A stretch of DNA of 64,000 nucleotides, taken from NCBI RefSeq assembly GCF_004010195.1, contig NC_057749.1, forward strand, positions 13,130,092 to 13,194,091, given 5' to 3'. Source of the stretch: Chiloscyllium plagiosum. Taxonomy: Eukaryota. Below, in pieces: positions 26,240 to 39,319 of this stretch (its first letter is position 1; each line of letters begins with the position of its first letter). A program made the position numbers and the translations under genes. The notes below the pieces were generated by a model. That model worked only from the letters and a program-made list of their open reading frames with translations. It was not told the origin of the DNA and searched no databases.

Positions 26240-27170
26240 AAAAAAACCAAAGAACTGCAAATGTTTGAAATTAGAAATAAGATCATAAATTGCTGGAAAA
26301 TTTCAGGTCTGGCAGCATCTGTGGAGAGAAAGCAGAATTAATTCTTCTGAAGGAGGATCATTGGACTCTGATTGTAGCTGAGAGAATATAGGTGTATGTG
26401 CTTAAACGGGTGGGGGTGAGTGGGGGAAAGGAATGAGAAGGAGTAAATAATAGGTGGAGATGGAGCCCAGAGAGAGAAACAGTTGGGCCAAGGAATGATT
26501 AAAGGTCAGCCTGAGCACGTAAATAGCTGTTAAGGGGACCCATTAGTGGCTAACAATGGGTTGTTTGAGATAGTGCTGAAAATGTGTTGCTGGAAAAGCG
26601 CAGCATGTCAGGCAGCATCCAGGGAACAGGAGAATCGACGTTTCGGGCATAAGCCCTTCTTCATGCCCGGAACGTCGATTCTCCTGTTCCCTGGATGCTG
26701 CCTGACCTGCTGTGCTTTTCCAGCAACACATTTTCAGCTCTGATCTCCAGCATCTGCAGACCTCACTTTCTCCTGTTTGAGATAGTGGCCCATGTGATGC
26801 CAAGGCTTGAGGTAAGGATATGAGAGAAGGTGTTCAAGCCCTTATAGTTGAGCTCTATATACAGTCCAGAGGCTGCAACGTTCGCAAACTGAAAATGAAG
26901 TGGTGTTCTTCCACCTTGTGCTGAGGTTCATTCGAGCACTGCAGCAAGCTTGAGACAGAAGTTGGGCAGGTAACCAGAAGTTTGCAGTCATTTTTACAGA
27001 CCGAATGTAGATGTTTGGCAAAGCAGTCACCCAGTCTGCACTGTCTCCAAAGACCGCAATGTGAGCAGCAAGTACAGTAGACGAGATTGAATGAATAAAA
27101 TGCAGGTAAATCACTGCTTCACGTGGGAGGTGTCTGGCACATTGGCTAGTGAGGAGGGAGGAAGTACACA
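26240..27170 (-). mobile_element. Older Penelope-like remnant of a second family (GIY-YIG)
   Basis: Minus strand reads FTC..NLVYC.CCSHCG...RLGDCFAKHLHSVCKND with frameshifts. Confidence 0.65.
26576..26773. mobile_element. Fold-back non-autonomous element (family A)
   Basis: Perfect 14-bp TSD tgtttgagatagtg at 26562-26575 / 26774-26787; near-perfect palindrome. Confidence 0.9.
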
Positions 27171-30100
27171 ACTCAAGTTTGTGCCAGTTCAGTGCAGTAT
27201 TGAGGGAATGCTACAATGTTGACGGAACAATCTTTCAAATTAGACTTCAGACTGAGATTCTCTGTCTGCCCAGATTTATGTAAGAGATTCCATGGTATTG
27301 TTTGAAGAAGAACTGAGTTAAATCCTGACCAACATTTCCTCATTTCATGATGTCTGTGAAATATTTCCTATGAGCAAATTGGTTGGTTTGGCCGCAACTG
27401 TGTAACTTTGTTACTGTAATACTCAAATATCCTGGGGAATTGATGTGCTAAATTAATGTGTTTTATTATGAATTACCTGTGTAGTGAAACAATAAAAGCA
27501 GTTAAAATCTATCTTAATCATTTTACGAATTTAAGTTTCATCACTGTTTCCTTACACATTATGTCAAATTGCACTAGGTGTTGCTCAAGTCAGTCACTTT
27601 GTCCAGAATTTTAAGAGCAATTATTAAAAAGTCCGGGATTTGCAATTTCCCTGTGACTGGATGGACATGCTGTTTTCAGACCTTTGCTTGTGACTGACTA
27701 TAATTAGGAAATTGACTGGAGCAACAGCCTGATGGAATTTGGGTACTTATACGGAGTAGAAAATTAATTAATTTTGCCGGAAAACAGTCGTCCAGATCAT
27801 CTGACTACTTCATGATGCAACATGTTTCAGCAATGATATGTTGTGCCACTGTTCTGCACATGCAACTATTTGGCATGGACCCATTCACATTCATAATCCT
27901 TCTAGTTCTCTTGTTTGAGTTTCTCTGAAATGAATGTTTTTAGATTTAAGACTTTTTTTTAATCATTTTGGTATTAACAGTATTATCTGAACCACTGATC
28001 TTAATTACTAACTTGCTGAGCTGCTGAACATAGAAACATAGAAAAAAGGAGGAGGTAGAGATCATTCAGCCCTTTTGAGACTTATCTGCTATTCAATATA
28101 ATGTTTGAAAATTCAGCTAAGTACCTTGTTCCTGCATTCTCCCCATAACCTTTTATATCACAATTGTTATGGCGCAGGAGGCCCATTTGGCCCATCATTT
28201 CTGCACTGGCTCTTCGATCAAGCATTACCTGGTTCTGATCTCCTGAACTTTCACCATGTCCTGCACCCAATTTCTATCCACATAATCATCTAATGCTGTC
28301 TTGAATGCCTCAGTTGAAGCTGCCTCCTCCACGTTTCTAGGTAGTGCATTCCATACCCTACCTACTCGTGTAAAAAAAACTTTTGTTTTCCCTAATTACT
28401 AGCCAACAGTCTCTGACCCTGAGAAACTGATTTTTTTTTGTTGTTTTTGGAATGTTAAATATTTTGATTTTTTTTTTAAAAAGTAGTTTGTTTGAATGAT
28501 GATTGAAACAAAAATAATGGTAATCACTTCGTTTGCATTCTAAAACTTGAAAGAGAATAATATTGGGTGTTTTTAATGCCTTGTTTGCTATGTGTTGACA
28601 CTTGTGTTTTACCTGCTTGCTGAAACTGCACACTAAAATATTTTTATCTAGAGTGCTGGTTTAAATTGCCATTGGGAAAAGATAAAATCATGCTACAGTG
28701 GTCGCTATATCTTAAGCGCACCCCACACTCTACTCTGATCTCCAGCATCTGCAGTCCTCACTTTCTCCTCCCCTGAGAATTGAGATTGCATTACTATAAA
28801 GTATATGTTGACACTTATAAGCCACTTTAGCTTTCAAAGCTGCAGCAATTGCAGTTGAAGTAACTCTGCAGGTTGCGATATCTGAAAAGTTAGAATTCAG
28901 TTAGCATTATTTTAAAACTTTTATATTTAGTATTACTATTAGCTTTGAGTTGAGACTTGTGCTAGAACATTGTTGATAAAACAAAAGTCTGTCTCAAAAG
29001 TTCAGTTATGCTCCAAGTTTATACAGGAGCTCATTGATTTTAAGGTTAATTATCCTTTCTGAACATTAGGTTGTCAGATTATTCTGAAATGATATATTTT
29101 TTTGTGATTGAGGCAGATTTAAATCTTTCAGTTCCTTTTCAACTTTGTTTCGTTTTTAAGAATTAAAATCTTGATTACTTTCCATAACTTAAATTTTTCA
29201 TTTTGATTAGTTCATGCTGATCCTGCGGGTTTGTTTTTGGGTTTGGAAAGTTGGTGTGTTTATAATCTTCAATCCCAACAGTATACAATCAGTGAGAACT
29301 TTTGAGATGGGCTCTTGCAGTTATTGAAGATCATGGAGTTAGACTGTCAAGCTTGTGTTGCAGATACTACTGTTTCAGCAGGCCAGGAAGTTTCTGACTA
29401 CCTTATCCAGTCCACTGTCTACACCAATTAACAATGACAAGTATTCAGAGACCTGCAGTTTGTTAGGGGCAATTCCTTTCGAATGTAAAGACAAGGTGAG
29501 AAGAAAGATAGGATCAGGTAGGCAAACTAGCTGTTTCCTGAAAAAGATTTTTATTAGTCCAAGTTGTAACATTAAGTTTATTAAGGTTTTGTTCCCACAA
29601 TGGTAGATCTCTAATCACTTATTTGAAATGTACACTTAAGTGGATCTTGCTTGAGCAAAGTAATATCTTTGTATCATGATGGGTATCAACACAAATCCCA
29701 AGTTCAAATTCTATTAGTAAAATCCAGTGTTGTTGTTAAATTCAGTTTTAGTAGCCTCATGATCCAACGCATGCAGCTGAATAAGTGGGAAACCACAGTT
29801 ACAGCCCCTTGTGTTTCCCATTGGTTCTGCCAAACCTGCCACCTCTAACTGGCACCTTGTACGTAGTTGCCTCCATTTTGAGTTGAAAATTATGTCATGT
29901 CTGTTGTCAATATCACTTTTTCATTAGCTTATAGCGGGATAAATGTTCTTTGTATATTGTAGTTCAATAATAACCATTGCACAACATTTAACATGTTGAT
30001 GGAATCATTCATCTGTTTTGACTATAATTTATGCAGTAAAGACTGCAGTGTTTCCACTTTAGTTTTCATATTATGGGATGCCATGAAAAGCACCTCTTAG

Positions 30101-30685
30101 CTGAGCTTAATAGCGCAGCCCCATTCTAACCTGAGTGAATCCAAGTGCACTAAAATGTTTTTTTTTACATATTATCATTGCCTGTTTTTGTTGTGTTTTA
30201 ACCTTTTCTATTCCATTGGATCCCATCCCTGGTTGTCCTTGAGCTGTGAGGTTTGCTCGGCCATTTCAGAGGTTAATAAAGAGTAACCGCATTGTTGTGA
30301 ATTGGGACTTGCACATAGACCAGACCAGGTAATGATGGCAGATTTCCTTTCCTAAAAGAAACCGGATGATTTCTTTTTCTGTAAATAGAGATTATGAAGC
30401 TGTCTTTCAGTTCCAGATTTTTTCTCTCTTTAACTGAACTTGAGTTCTGCCAGCCGCTGTATGGAATTTAAACACAATTTCCAAAGCCGTAGCCGGCTGT
30501 TGGTGTTACTACTTCAATAATTTTGCCTCTATGCCATCGTCTGTGGTCAAGACTGGGATGAGTTGCCATTTGCTCATTTCACATGGGGCACTTGCAGTCA
30601 GCTGAAAGAGAACCTTCCACTGCATCAGTTAGGTTAGGATCTTTGCATCTAACTGCAAAGTGCCATCTCCACTTTCTTCTAGTTC

Positions 30686-33123
30686 AAAGTTTGGGAGAAG
30701 ATTTGTAGCTTGGGTGCTCGTTGTTGTGGTTCTGTTCGCCGAGCTGGGCATTTGTGTTGCAGACGTTTCGTCCCCTGTCTAGGTGACATCCTCCGTCCTT
30801 GGGAGCCTCCTGTGAAGCACTTCTGTGATGTTTCCTCCGGAATTTATAGTGATTTGTATCTGCCGCTTCCAGTTGTCCGTTCCAGCAGTCCACTGCAGTG
30901 GCCGGTATATTGGGTTCAGGTCGATGTGCTTATTGATTGAATCTGTGGATGAGTGCCATGCCTCTAGGAATTCCCTGGCTGTTCTGTTTGGCTTGTCCTA
31001 TAATAGTAGTGTTGTCCCAGTCGAATTCATGTTGCTTGCTTGTCATCTCAGTGTGTGGCTACTAAGGATAGCTGGTCATATCGTTTCGTGGCTAGTTGGT
31101 GTTCATGGATGCGGATCGTTAGCTGTCTTCCTGTTTGTCCTATGTACTGTTTTGTGCAGTCCTTGCATGGGATTTTGTACATTACGTTGGTTTTGCTCAT
31201 GCTGGGTATCGGGTCCTTCATCCTGGTGAGTTGTTGTCTGAGAGTGGCTGGTTTATGTGCTGTTATGAGTCCTAGTGGTCGCAGTAGTCTGGCTGTCAAC
31301 ACACTTCACATTCAACAACCAAATATATGAACAAATCAACGGCACATCCGTGGACTCGCCCATCTCTGGACTCATAGTAGAAGCGGTAATGCAAAGGTTA
31401 GAACAAACCGTCTTAATGCAAGTTCAACCCAAACCCTGGGTCAGATATGTAGATGATACCTTTGTGTGGGATATAGGTAAATTAATGTTTCTTCTGCAGA
31501 TCTGCAATTCTGCAATTATGGTTTCTGGTGCGGGGTGAATGAACTCACACCGGTGTGGGGTTGTTTCGGCCAGGAGCTGGGAAGGCGGGGGTGGGGGCTG
31601 TGTGGAGGAAATATATAATTGTATGCCAGCATGAAACGTGATTGCAAAACAATAGTAGAAATACAGGCACTAGATGAAATGCTGTGAAGAGAGGCCTGTA
31701 TAAACAGTAGGTTTCCCACTTGTACAGAGACGTGGGAACAAACCCCAATTAAAAGGGCTTAGTGATAAGATGCTGTGAGGGGCAGCACAGATGGAGGGTG
31801 TAGATAATGGTAAGCAAAGGATGGGATGAGGGCATACGGCCTTGAGGTCAGAGTAAGTATTTTGTCACAGACAAGACCGGGTAAACAGGAATAATGGGGC
31901 CAGTCTTGGGGAACTGGAGGATGTAGATAGGGGAAGAGCAATGTAAAACAAAAGAAGCCAAATTATATAAATATCGAGCGTTTGTCAAATTCGGTGTGTG
32001 TTTTGTCCCTGCCTTGTGACATCACACCCACTTGCAAGTGTAAAATAAATGACACTACTGATTCAGATTTTTTGGTCTCGGACTGAAATTATTGAAGTAG
32101 TGAGCTTTGTTTCTCTCATTTTGTAATCATTAAAAACACAGAAATAGAGAACACACACCGGATCATCAACGCCACACTCGGAGGAAACCGATTCACTAGA
32201 GAGGAAGAAAAGGACAACCAACTCCCATTCCTAGACATGATGGTATAGAGAACACTGAATGGAAAATTCACCACAGGTATACAGGAAAGCTACACACACC
32301 GACCAAGTCCTAAACTACGAAAGCAACCACCCCAACACACAAAGGAGGTTGCATCAAGACACTGTTCAAAAAGGCCACAACACACTGCAGCACACCAGAA
32401 CTGCAAAAAGAGCCTCTACAATGTATTCGCCAAAAACTGATACCCCTGCAATTTCATCAACAGATGCCTAAGGGAAACACAATGCAATGAGGACATGCCA
32501 CAACCCAAAGGACTAGCCACACTACCACACATCAAAAACATTTCTGAACTGACAGCCAGACTACTGTGACCACTAGGACTCATAACAGCACACAAACCAA
32601 CAGCCACTCAGCCAACAACTCACCAGGATGAAGGACCGATACCCAGCATGAGCAAAACCAATGTAATGTACAAAATCCCATGCAAGGACTGCACAAAACA
32701 GTACATAGGACAAACAGGAAGACCGCTAATGATCCACATCCATGAACACCAACTAGCCACGAAACGATATGACCAGCTATCCTTAGTACCAAACACTGAG
32801 ATGACAAGCAACATGAGTTTGACTGGGACAACACTACTATTATAGGACAAGCCAAACAGAACAGCCAGGGAATTCCTAGAGGCATGGCACTCATCCACAG
32901 ATTCAATCAATAAGCACATCGACCTGAACCCAATATACCGGCCACTGCAGTGGACTGCTGGAACGGACAACTGGAAGCGGCAGATACAAATCACTATAAA
33001 TTCCGGAGGAAACATCACAGAAGTGCTTCACAGGAGGCTCCCAAGGACTGAGGATGTCACCGAGACAGGGGATGAAACGTCTGCAACACAAATGCCCAAC
33101 TCGGCGAACAGAACCACAACGCC
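30686..33123 (+). mobile_element. Penelope-like element with inverted 5' terminal repeat, partial RT and GIY-YIG
   Basis: RT segment THFTFNNQIYEQINGT..DSPIS...WVRYVDDTFV (31300-31465), YRKATHTDQVL; GIY-YIG YKIPCKDCTKQYIGQT; inverted arms 30722-31298 / 32550-33120. Confidence 0.92.
33045..33084 (+). ncRNA. Minimal hammerhead ribozyme motif in the Penelope terminal repeat
   Basis: CTGAGGA (33048-54) ... GAAA (33074-77) cg TC tgc. Confidence 0.7.
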
Positions 33124-33360
33124 CTTCTCGTTCTCCAATTTTTTTGCATTTTGATCAAGCTTTGCTTACAAAAAGTGCTTTAAGATGGCAAAGCAGGAAC
33201 AAAAAAATGAACAGCAGTGTTAGTGCTGTCTAAAGGTTATGTAAACTGCTAGTTAGGTGATCATTGTGCTCCAGTTGGTCTGTGAACTGACCCGCCTGTT
33301 TTATCATAGTGTTAAGGGGTATTTTTACCATTATTTACACTTACTTTATATCCTATTCAG

Positions 33361-33430
33361 GTCAGTGCTACAGCTGCACAGCTGGCACTGCTTCGACAGC
33401 AGGAAGAACTAGAAAGAAAAGCTGCTGATG
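33361..33430 (+). CDS. SCAMP2: SCAMP2 coding exon 4, 5' part only (VSATAAQLALLRQQEELERKAA-); 3' end uncertain or missing
   Basis: CAG acceptor ending at 33360; conserved LLRQQEELERKAA coiled coil; homology stops at ~33428; the end given is a weak phase-1 GT (G|GTGGTT). Confidence 0.8.
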
Positions 33431-34142
33431 GTGGTTGTGTATGAGGGTGGTGGGTTTAGTGGGTTGGATATGCAGTAGGACATGTGGCCTGGGGATGGTA
33501 GGTGGTTGTGTGGGATGGTTCAGGAGACTGGAGAGAGTATGTGTGGAGGTGGCGTTTCTGTAGGGAATGAGATACACATAGGTTGTGAGGGAGGATTGTG
33601 TGGGAGGATGTCAGGCTGGGAGTGGAGGGTGAGCGATTATGTAGATGGGATGGTAGGGTTGTTTGAGCTTGGGTATAGGATTATGTGCATAAAGATGATG
33701 CATGCATGTATGGTGGGGAGAGAATGAGTCTGAATGAGCAAAGAGACGCCTATCTCTCTCCAAACACCCTCCCTTTTTAAATATTATTACAAGAACAAAA
33801 CAACTTCAACTGTGATAATTTCCAGAAGTGGTTTTATAGTTGAGTTACCTCTTGTGTTGCAAGTCTGATTCTACATTTGGTGGTTGTCTAATTATTGAGA
33901 CTAGACCAAAGTAATGTTAAGCACATTCTCAAAAGTAGTTTCATAGTTGCCCGACTATTAGTACTACATTTGGAACTCTTGAAGAATTGTTGTGTGAAGT
34001 TAAATAGTGTCAAATCAAACTGAATTTGGTCCAAACATCGTATCAGCTAAAGGTATAGAACATTCAGGATTTCAGGTCTTTAAAATACGCTGCTTCTTTT
34101 AAGCTTTGTTTGAAAGCAAAATTTCTTCATTCCTCCATGCAG

Positions 34143-34271
34143 CAAAAAGAAATAACTGGCCTCCTTTTCCTTCGTTCTGCCCCATCAAACCATGCTTCTA
34201 CCAGGACTTTGCAGCAGAGATCCCATCAGGCTTTCAGAGGACAGTAAAAATGCTGTACTACTTGTGGATGT
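34143..34271 (+). CDS. SCAMP2: SCAMP2 coding exon 5 ([42 protein letters not shown])
   Basis: NNWPP..PCFYQD SCAMP signature; AG/GTAAGT boundaries; phase 1/1. Confidence 0.97.
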
Positions 34272-34461
34272 GTAAGTTGCAGCCAATGATTCCTGCCTTT
34301 TGTTTCAACCCCTACCGAAGTATTTTTGTACAAATCTTTGCAGTTGTGCATTTTAGTGAAAACATTCAGTATTATTGGTGTAAGTTAATAAATTGAGCTT
34401 CAACCTGATTAGAAGACCTTATCTTATCTCAGATGGCAAACGACAAGTGAGTCAATTATGC

Positions 34462-34918
34462 AGGGTCATAAATGTACAGCACGAAAACAGACCTTCATTC
34501 AACTTGTCCATGCTAATCCGATATCCTAAAATTAATCTAGTCCCATTTGTCAGCATTTGGTCCATGTCCTCATGTACCCATCCAGATGCGTTTTAAATGT
34601 GCTAAGTGTACCAGCCTCCACTACACCACCTGGAAGCTCATTCCATACAAATACCACCCTCTGTGAAAAGGTTGCCCCTTAAGCCCCTTTTAAATCTTTT
34701 CACCTCTCACCTTAAACCTATGTCCTCTAGTTTTGGACTCCCCTGCCCTAGGGAAAAGACCTTGGATATTCACCCTATTCATGCCCTTCTTGATTTTATA
34801 AACCACCCGAGAACCCTCTGCAGTCTCCAGTACTCCAGGGAAAATAATCCCAGCCTATCCAACCTCTCCCTATAGCTCAACCGCTCCAACTTCAACAGCA
34901 TCCTTGTAAACCCTTTCA
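34462..34918 (-). mobile_element. CR1 LINE 3' fragment
   Basis: LSYRERLDRLGLFSLE motif. Confidence 0.85.
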
Positions 34919-35148
34919 AAGATAACAACAAAAGAGGCTGTGGAGTTGCATTGTTGATGAGCATTGAGCTAGTCATGCTAGCCTCAACTCAACATCATAA
35001 ACTGGTGAAATTGTGTGCTGTTTGGTGAAGTTTGCAGAAATTCAATTGGAGGTGTTTTTAAAATTTGAGATTCCAAAGTTATTGTTTGAGTGATATGTAG
35101 AATTAAGTATGCTCACAAGTTATTGAAATCTGGTTTTTCTTCCAACAG

Positions 35149-35308
35149 TCCATGCAGTCACACTGTTCTTGAACCTCCTTGCTTGCCTGGCTGAATTTAT
35201 TGTTGACGCAAAGTTTGGAGTTGACTTTGGCTTAGCAATCTTATGGTTTTTGCTCTTCACCCCTTGTGCCTTCCTGTGTTGGTATCGGCCAATATACAAG
35301 GCTTTCAG
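35149..35308 (+). CDS. SCAMP2: SCAMP2 coding exon 6 ([14 protein letters not shown]...[18 protein letters not shown])
   Basis: Transmembrane segments and the E-peptide [11 protein letters not shown]; canonical splice sites. Confidence 0.97.
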
Positions 35309-35677
35309 GTAAAATGTCCTCTGGATCCGAGCTGGTTTTCTTTTCACTTTATGGTTCACCTCAATAAGACCGGGTCTGCTTCATAATACTTAATTTTTTT
35401 TGGTTTATTGAATGGCTGTGTTCATGTAACCATGTAGCATGCAAAATAACACATCTGCAATTTGCCATGTAAGGCAGGGCTTTTGACTTCCTGTGACATT
35501 GTGTGCAGAGTAGAAACCAAATGTATTCCTGGGTGAAACCAACTTTGAGGATGGGAGACCAACTGGATCTGTGCACAAATGTGTGTAAAGGATGATTGAG
35601 CCAAAATATGAAATAAGGACTTAATAGTGAAGTCTATACTTGTTTATGGACATTATCTGGAAATTGAAACCGATAAA

Positions 35678-35875
35678 ACTGCATGCTGTAAATCAGAAAC
35701 AAAAACAGAAATTACTGGAAAAGCTCAGCAAGTCTGGTGGTGTTTGTGAAGAGAAATCGGAGTTAACAGAAAAAATGTTCTGAGGGAGGGTTACTGCAAC
35801 CAGAATGTTAACTCTGATTTCTCCTCACAGATGCCACCAGACATGCAGAGCTTTTTCAGCAGCTTCAAGTTTGTC
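35678..35875. mobile_element. Older fold-back element (family C, aaaacagaaatt.ctggaaaagctcagc...) with decayed hammerhead core; relatives at ~2115, 18910, 26250, 48985, 53135 and 56325
   Basis: Inverted arms; CTGAGGG...AGAAtgTTaac remnant. Confidence 0.6.
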
Positions 35876-36694
35876 TGTATATATTGGTTGTTTTGTATTC
35901 TATCTTACTAAGTCTACAGTGCTGTAGCTCCTCCACAGGTGAAGGATATAATGACGACAATGTGGCAAGTTTGTTAGTAGTTTCCATTTTAAATGTGCTC
36001 CATAGGAATAAAGAACTTTAAGAATATGTGAGTGTATACAGCATTTTTTAAATTTATACAATTAAGTACAAAGGCATTTGGTATCCGGGAATAGTCATAA
36101 CCTGAAATACTACAGTATTAGTGGGCCTTGGCTCAACTCTTGCTTAAGCTAGGCATCCTTTTGCTAGCTGTATCCAAAAGAGGAAAAGTCTGAGAGAAAG
36201 TTAAATTGGAGCAGTTTTTCATCTTTTTATTGACAAGATGAGAGCTGCAAGCTATGCCAGCATTTATTGTGCAAGCCTAATTGCCTGAAGATAGTAGTGA
36301 ACTGCTGCCTTGAACCGTTGCAGTCTGTGATGTAGGGACATGTGTTGGAGGAGGAAAGGTTCAAATGAGCAATGGAGTAAGCGGACTGGTGCAGACTTGG
36401 TGCAACTTGCTTTCAAGAAAATATTAATGGTTTTAAGTCTAAATCTACACTAGTCAGCATGATTTTTTTTTGAAGCAGAAGCTAGAAATTGAACTGAGTA
36501 AATAACATCCTAACTTATAAAATTTATGGAGAAGGCACAGAACAAAAAGGCCATTTGGTCCAGCTGATCAATGCCAATTTTTGAGTATCCTGCCACCCTG
36601 TTTCATCTAACTGTAACAGTATATCCTTCTATTCTTTTCTCCTTGTTCTTGGAAGCTTCCTCTTAAATATCTATTTGATTTGTCTGAACTACAA

Positions 36695-37672
36695 GGATCG
36701 GTGCTGGGTCCACAACTTTGTCAGTTACACAAATGATTTGGATGCGAGCATAAGAGGTATAGTTAGTAAGTTTGCAGATGACGCCAAAATTGGAGGTGTA
36801 GTGGGCAGCGAAGAAGGTTACCTCGGGTTACAATGGGGATCTTGATCAGATGGGCCAATGGGCTGAGGAGTTGCAGATGGAGTTTAATTTAAATAAATTT
36901 GAGGTGCTGCATTTTGAGAAAGCAAATCTTAGCTGGACTTAATGTTAAGGTCCTAGGGAGTGTTGCTGAGCAAAAACCTTGGAGTACATGTTCATAGTTC
37001 CTTGAAAGTAGAATCGCAGGTAGATACGATAGTGGAGGCATTTGGTATGCTTTCCTTTATTGGTCAGAGTATTGAGTACAGGAGTCGGGAGGCCATGTTA
37101 CGCTGTACAGGACATTGGTTAGACCATTTTTGCGTGCAATTCTGGTCTCCTTCCTATCCAAGGAACGTTATGAAACCTGAGAAGGTTCAGAAAAGATTTA
37201 CAAGGATGTTGCCAGGGTAGGAGGATTTGAGCTATAGGGAGAGGCTGAATAGGCTGGGGCTGTTTTCCCTGGAGCATCAGAGGCTGAGGGGTGACCTTTA
37301 TAGAAGTTTACAAAATCATGAGAGTCATGGATAGGTTAAATAGACAAGTCTTTTCCCTGGGATAAGGGAGTCCAGATCTAGAGGCCTAGGTTTAGGACGG
37401 GTGGGGAAAGATATAAAAGGGACCTAAGGGGCAACTTTTTTCACAGAGGACAGTGCATGTATGGAATGAGCTGCCAGAGGAAGTGGTGGAGGCTGGTACA
37501 ATTGCAACATCAAAAAAGGCAAATGGATGGGTACATGAATAGGAAGGGTTCAGAGGCATATGGGCCAAGTGCTGGCAAATGGGACTAGATTAGGTTGGGA
37601 TATCTGGTCGGCATGGATGAGTTGGACTAAAGGGTCGGTTTCCGTACTGTACATCTCTGTGACTCTGACTCT
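36695..37672 (+). mobile_element. CR1 LINE 3' part
   Basis: QGSVLGP, SKFADD, CVQFWSP motifs and 3' tail. Confidence 0.92.
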
Positions 37673-38401
37673 ACTCCATGTGGTAGCAAGCTTCACGTTC
37701 TACTTAATTTCTGGATGATTGTATGTATTAGTACCCAGATTATAACTTTGCCTTCTAGTTTTTGGATTTTTTTCATAAGTGATCTCTTCTCTGCATCGGA
37801 TTGACTTATCAAATTCCTACATAATTGTTAAGGACTTATAATGGTCACACCATGCCCTTATTGAGAAAAGCCCAACCCTTTCAGTCTTGATTGTTATAGC
37901 TTCTATATTGTCCTTTTTATAATCATTTTTGGATCAATTCTATGCTATTATTTTCAACATTTACTTGACTGTTTTCAGAGATGCAATAATTACAAGTTTT
38001 TAAATTGTGAAAAGCCTAGAATAAAAATGGACAAAAGATTTTTTGGTCTCGATTGAGAAATAAATTTGAAGTGCAACTTAAGAGCTGAAGGCCAGATGAA
38101 ATATGGATGACTGACAAAACCTGAATTAAACTGCAATGTTAATATTTATGGAAGTAATAATGGCTCTTTCAACAACGCCTTCCAAACCTACAACCCACTT
38201 AGCAGAACAAGGGCTGTACATGCATGGGAACGCAACACCTGCAAGTTGCTCCTCCAAGCCACTGCTTCATCCTGACTGGGAACTGTATTGCTATTAATTC
38301 AGTGTTGCTGAGTTCAAATTCTGGAACACCCTCTCAATAACACCAAATACAATGCAATGGTTCAAGATGGCAGCTTGTTGGGGGCCAGTGAGGTTGGGCA
38401 C

Positions 38402-38935
38402 TGTGACAATGCAATAGTTTTAAGAGGTTGTTTTGTCCTGGTTTCTCTAGAAAGATTGAACAGGAGGTATAGAGCTAGCTAGTTAAGATCACTTGAGTAT
38501 ATTGCTTGGGAAGCCTTAGGTTTGTTTTTTTTTTAAAAACAGTCTGAAATGTTGATGTGGCCAGCTCTTATTAGACTGTTGAATTTTGTTTTTTTCAGTA
38601 GTATTAGAAGCTATTGAGGTCTCACCAGAGTTGGAAGCTTCAGTGAATGTCTCCTGCCTGCTGTTCTCTGAATTTTCTTTTTTCCCTCCTGGAGGAAGAA
38701 CTGCATGTGATAGTTAATGAAACTATTATTCTGTTAAGTTTTCCAATAGAGTTAAGCTAATCTATTCCTCTTTGTATTTAACTAGTGGTTTAAATTTTGT
38801 TTTGCTTAACATCGAGTAGTTTGACCAGTCTCAATGCAACTGGAACGGGCACTTTACATTTACTTTTAAACTAAGAAAAAGTCGGGGTCTAGGCTACCTA
38901 AAATATTTTGAGGGGCTCTGGCCTAGTCCATAACA
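38402..38935. mobile_element. Probable solo LTR
   Basis: TG...CA termini (tgtgac...ataaca), imperfect 4-bp TSD gcac/gcat, interrupts a LINE 3' end. Confidence 0.6.
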
Positions 38936-39217
38936 GCATGAAATGTTGGTCCAGCCAGTGGTTCCCATGTCCAGTGAATTGATATTTCAAAAAATTATAA
39001 CACTCAGTGCTACAGCACATTATTAACATCTGCCATAGGTAACTTATTTCAGCCAACTGCATCAGAGGAGTTGGAAGTTGATTTTAGACCTGGTTGTCTT
39101 TGTGTGTAACAAGAAAATCAATGGCAAGATACTGATGTTCGAATAAACTGAGACTGATTAATTGTGTCACAAGACTAACTTTTCAAAAAGACTAACTTTT
39201 TAAACTTGTTTTTTCAG

Positions 39218-39319
39218 GTCCGACAGCTCATTCAACTTCTTTTTCTTCTTCTTTGTGTTCTTCTGTCAAATTGTTCTTTATGTCATTCAGGCAGTCGGCA
39301 TTCCCAATTGGGGGGTCAG
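39218..39319 (+). CDS. SCAMP2: SCAMP2 coding exon 7 ([34 protein letters not shown])
   Basis: CAG acceptor, GTAAGT donor, SCAMP transmembrane segment. Confidence 0.96.
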
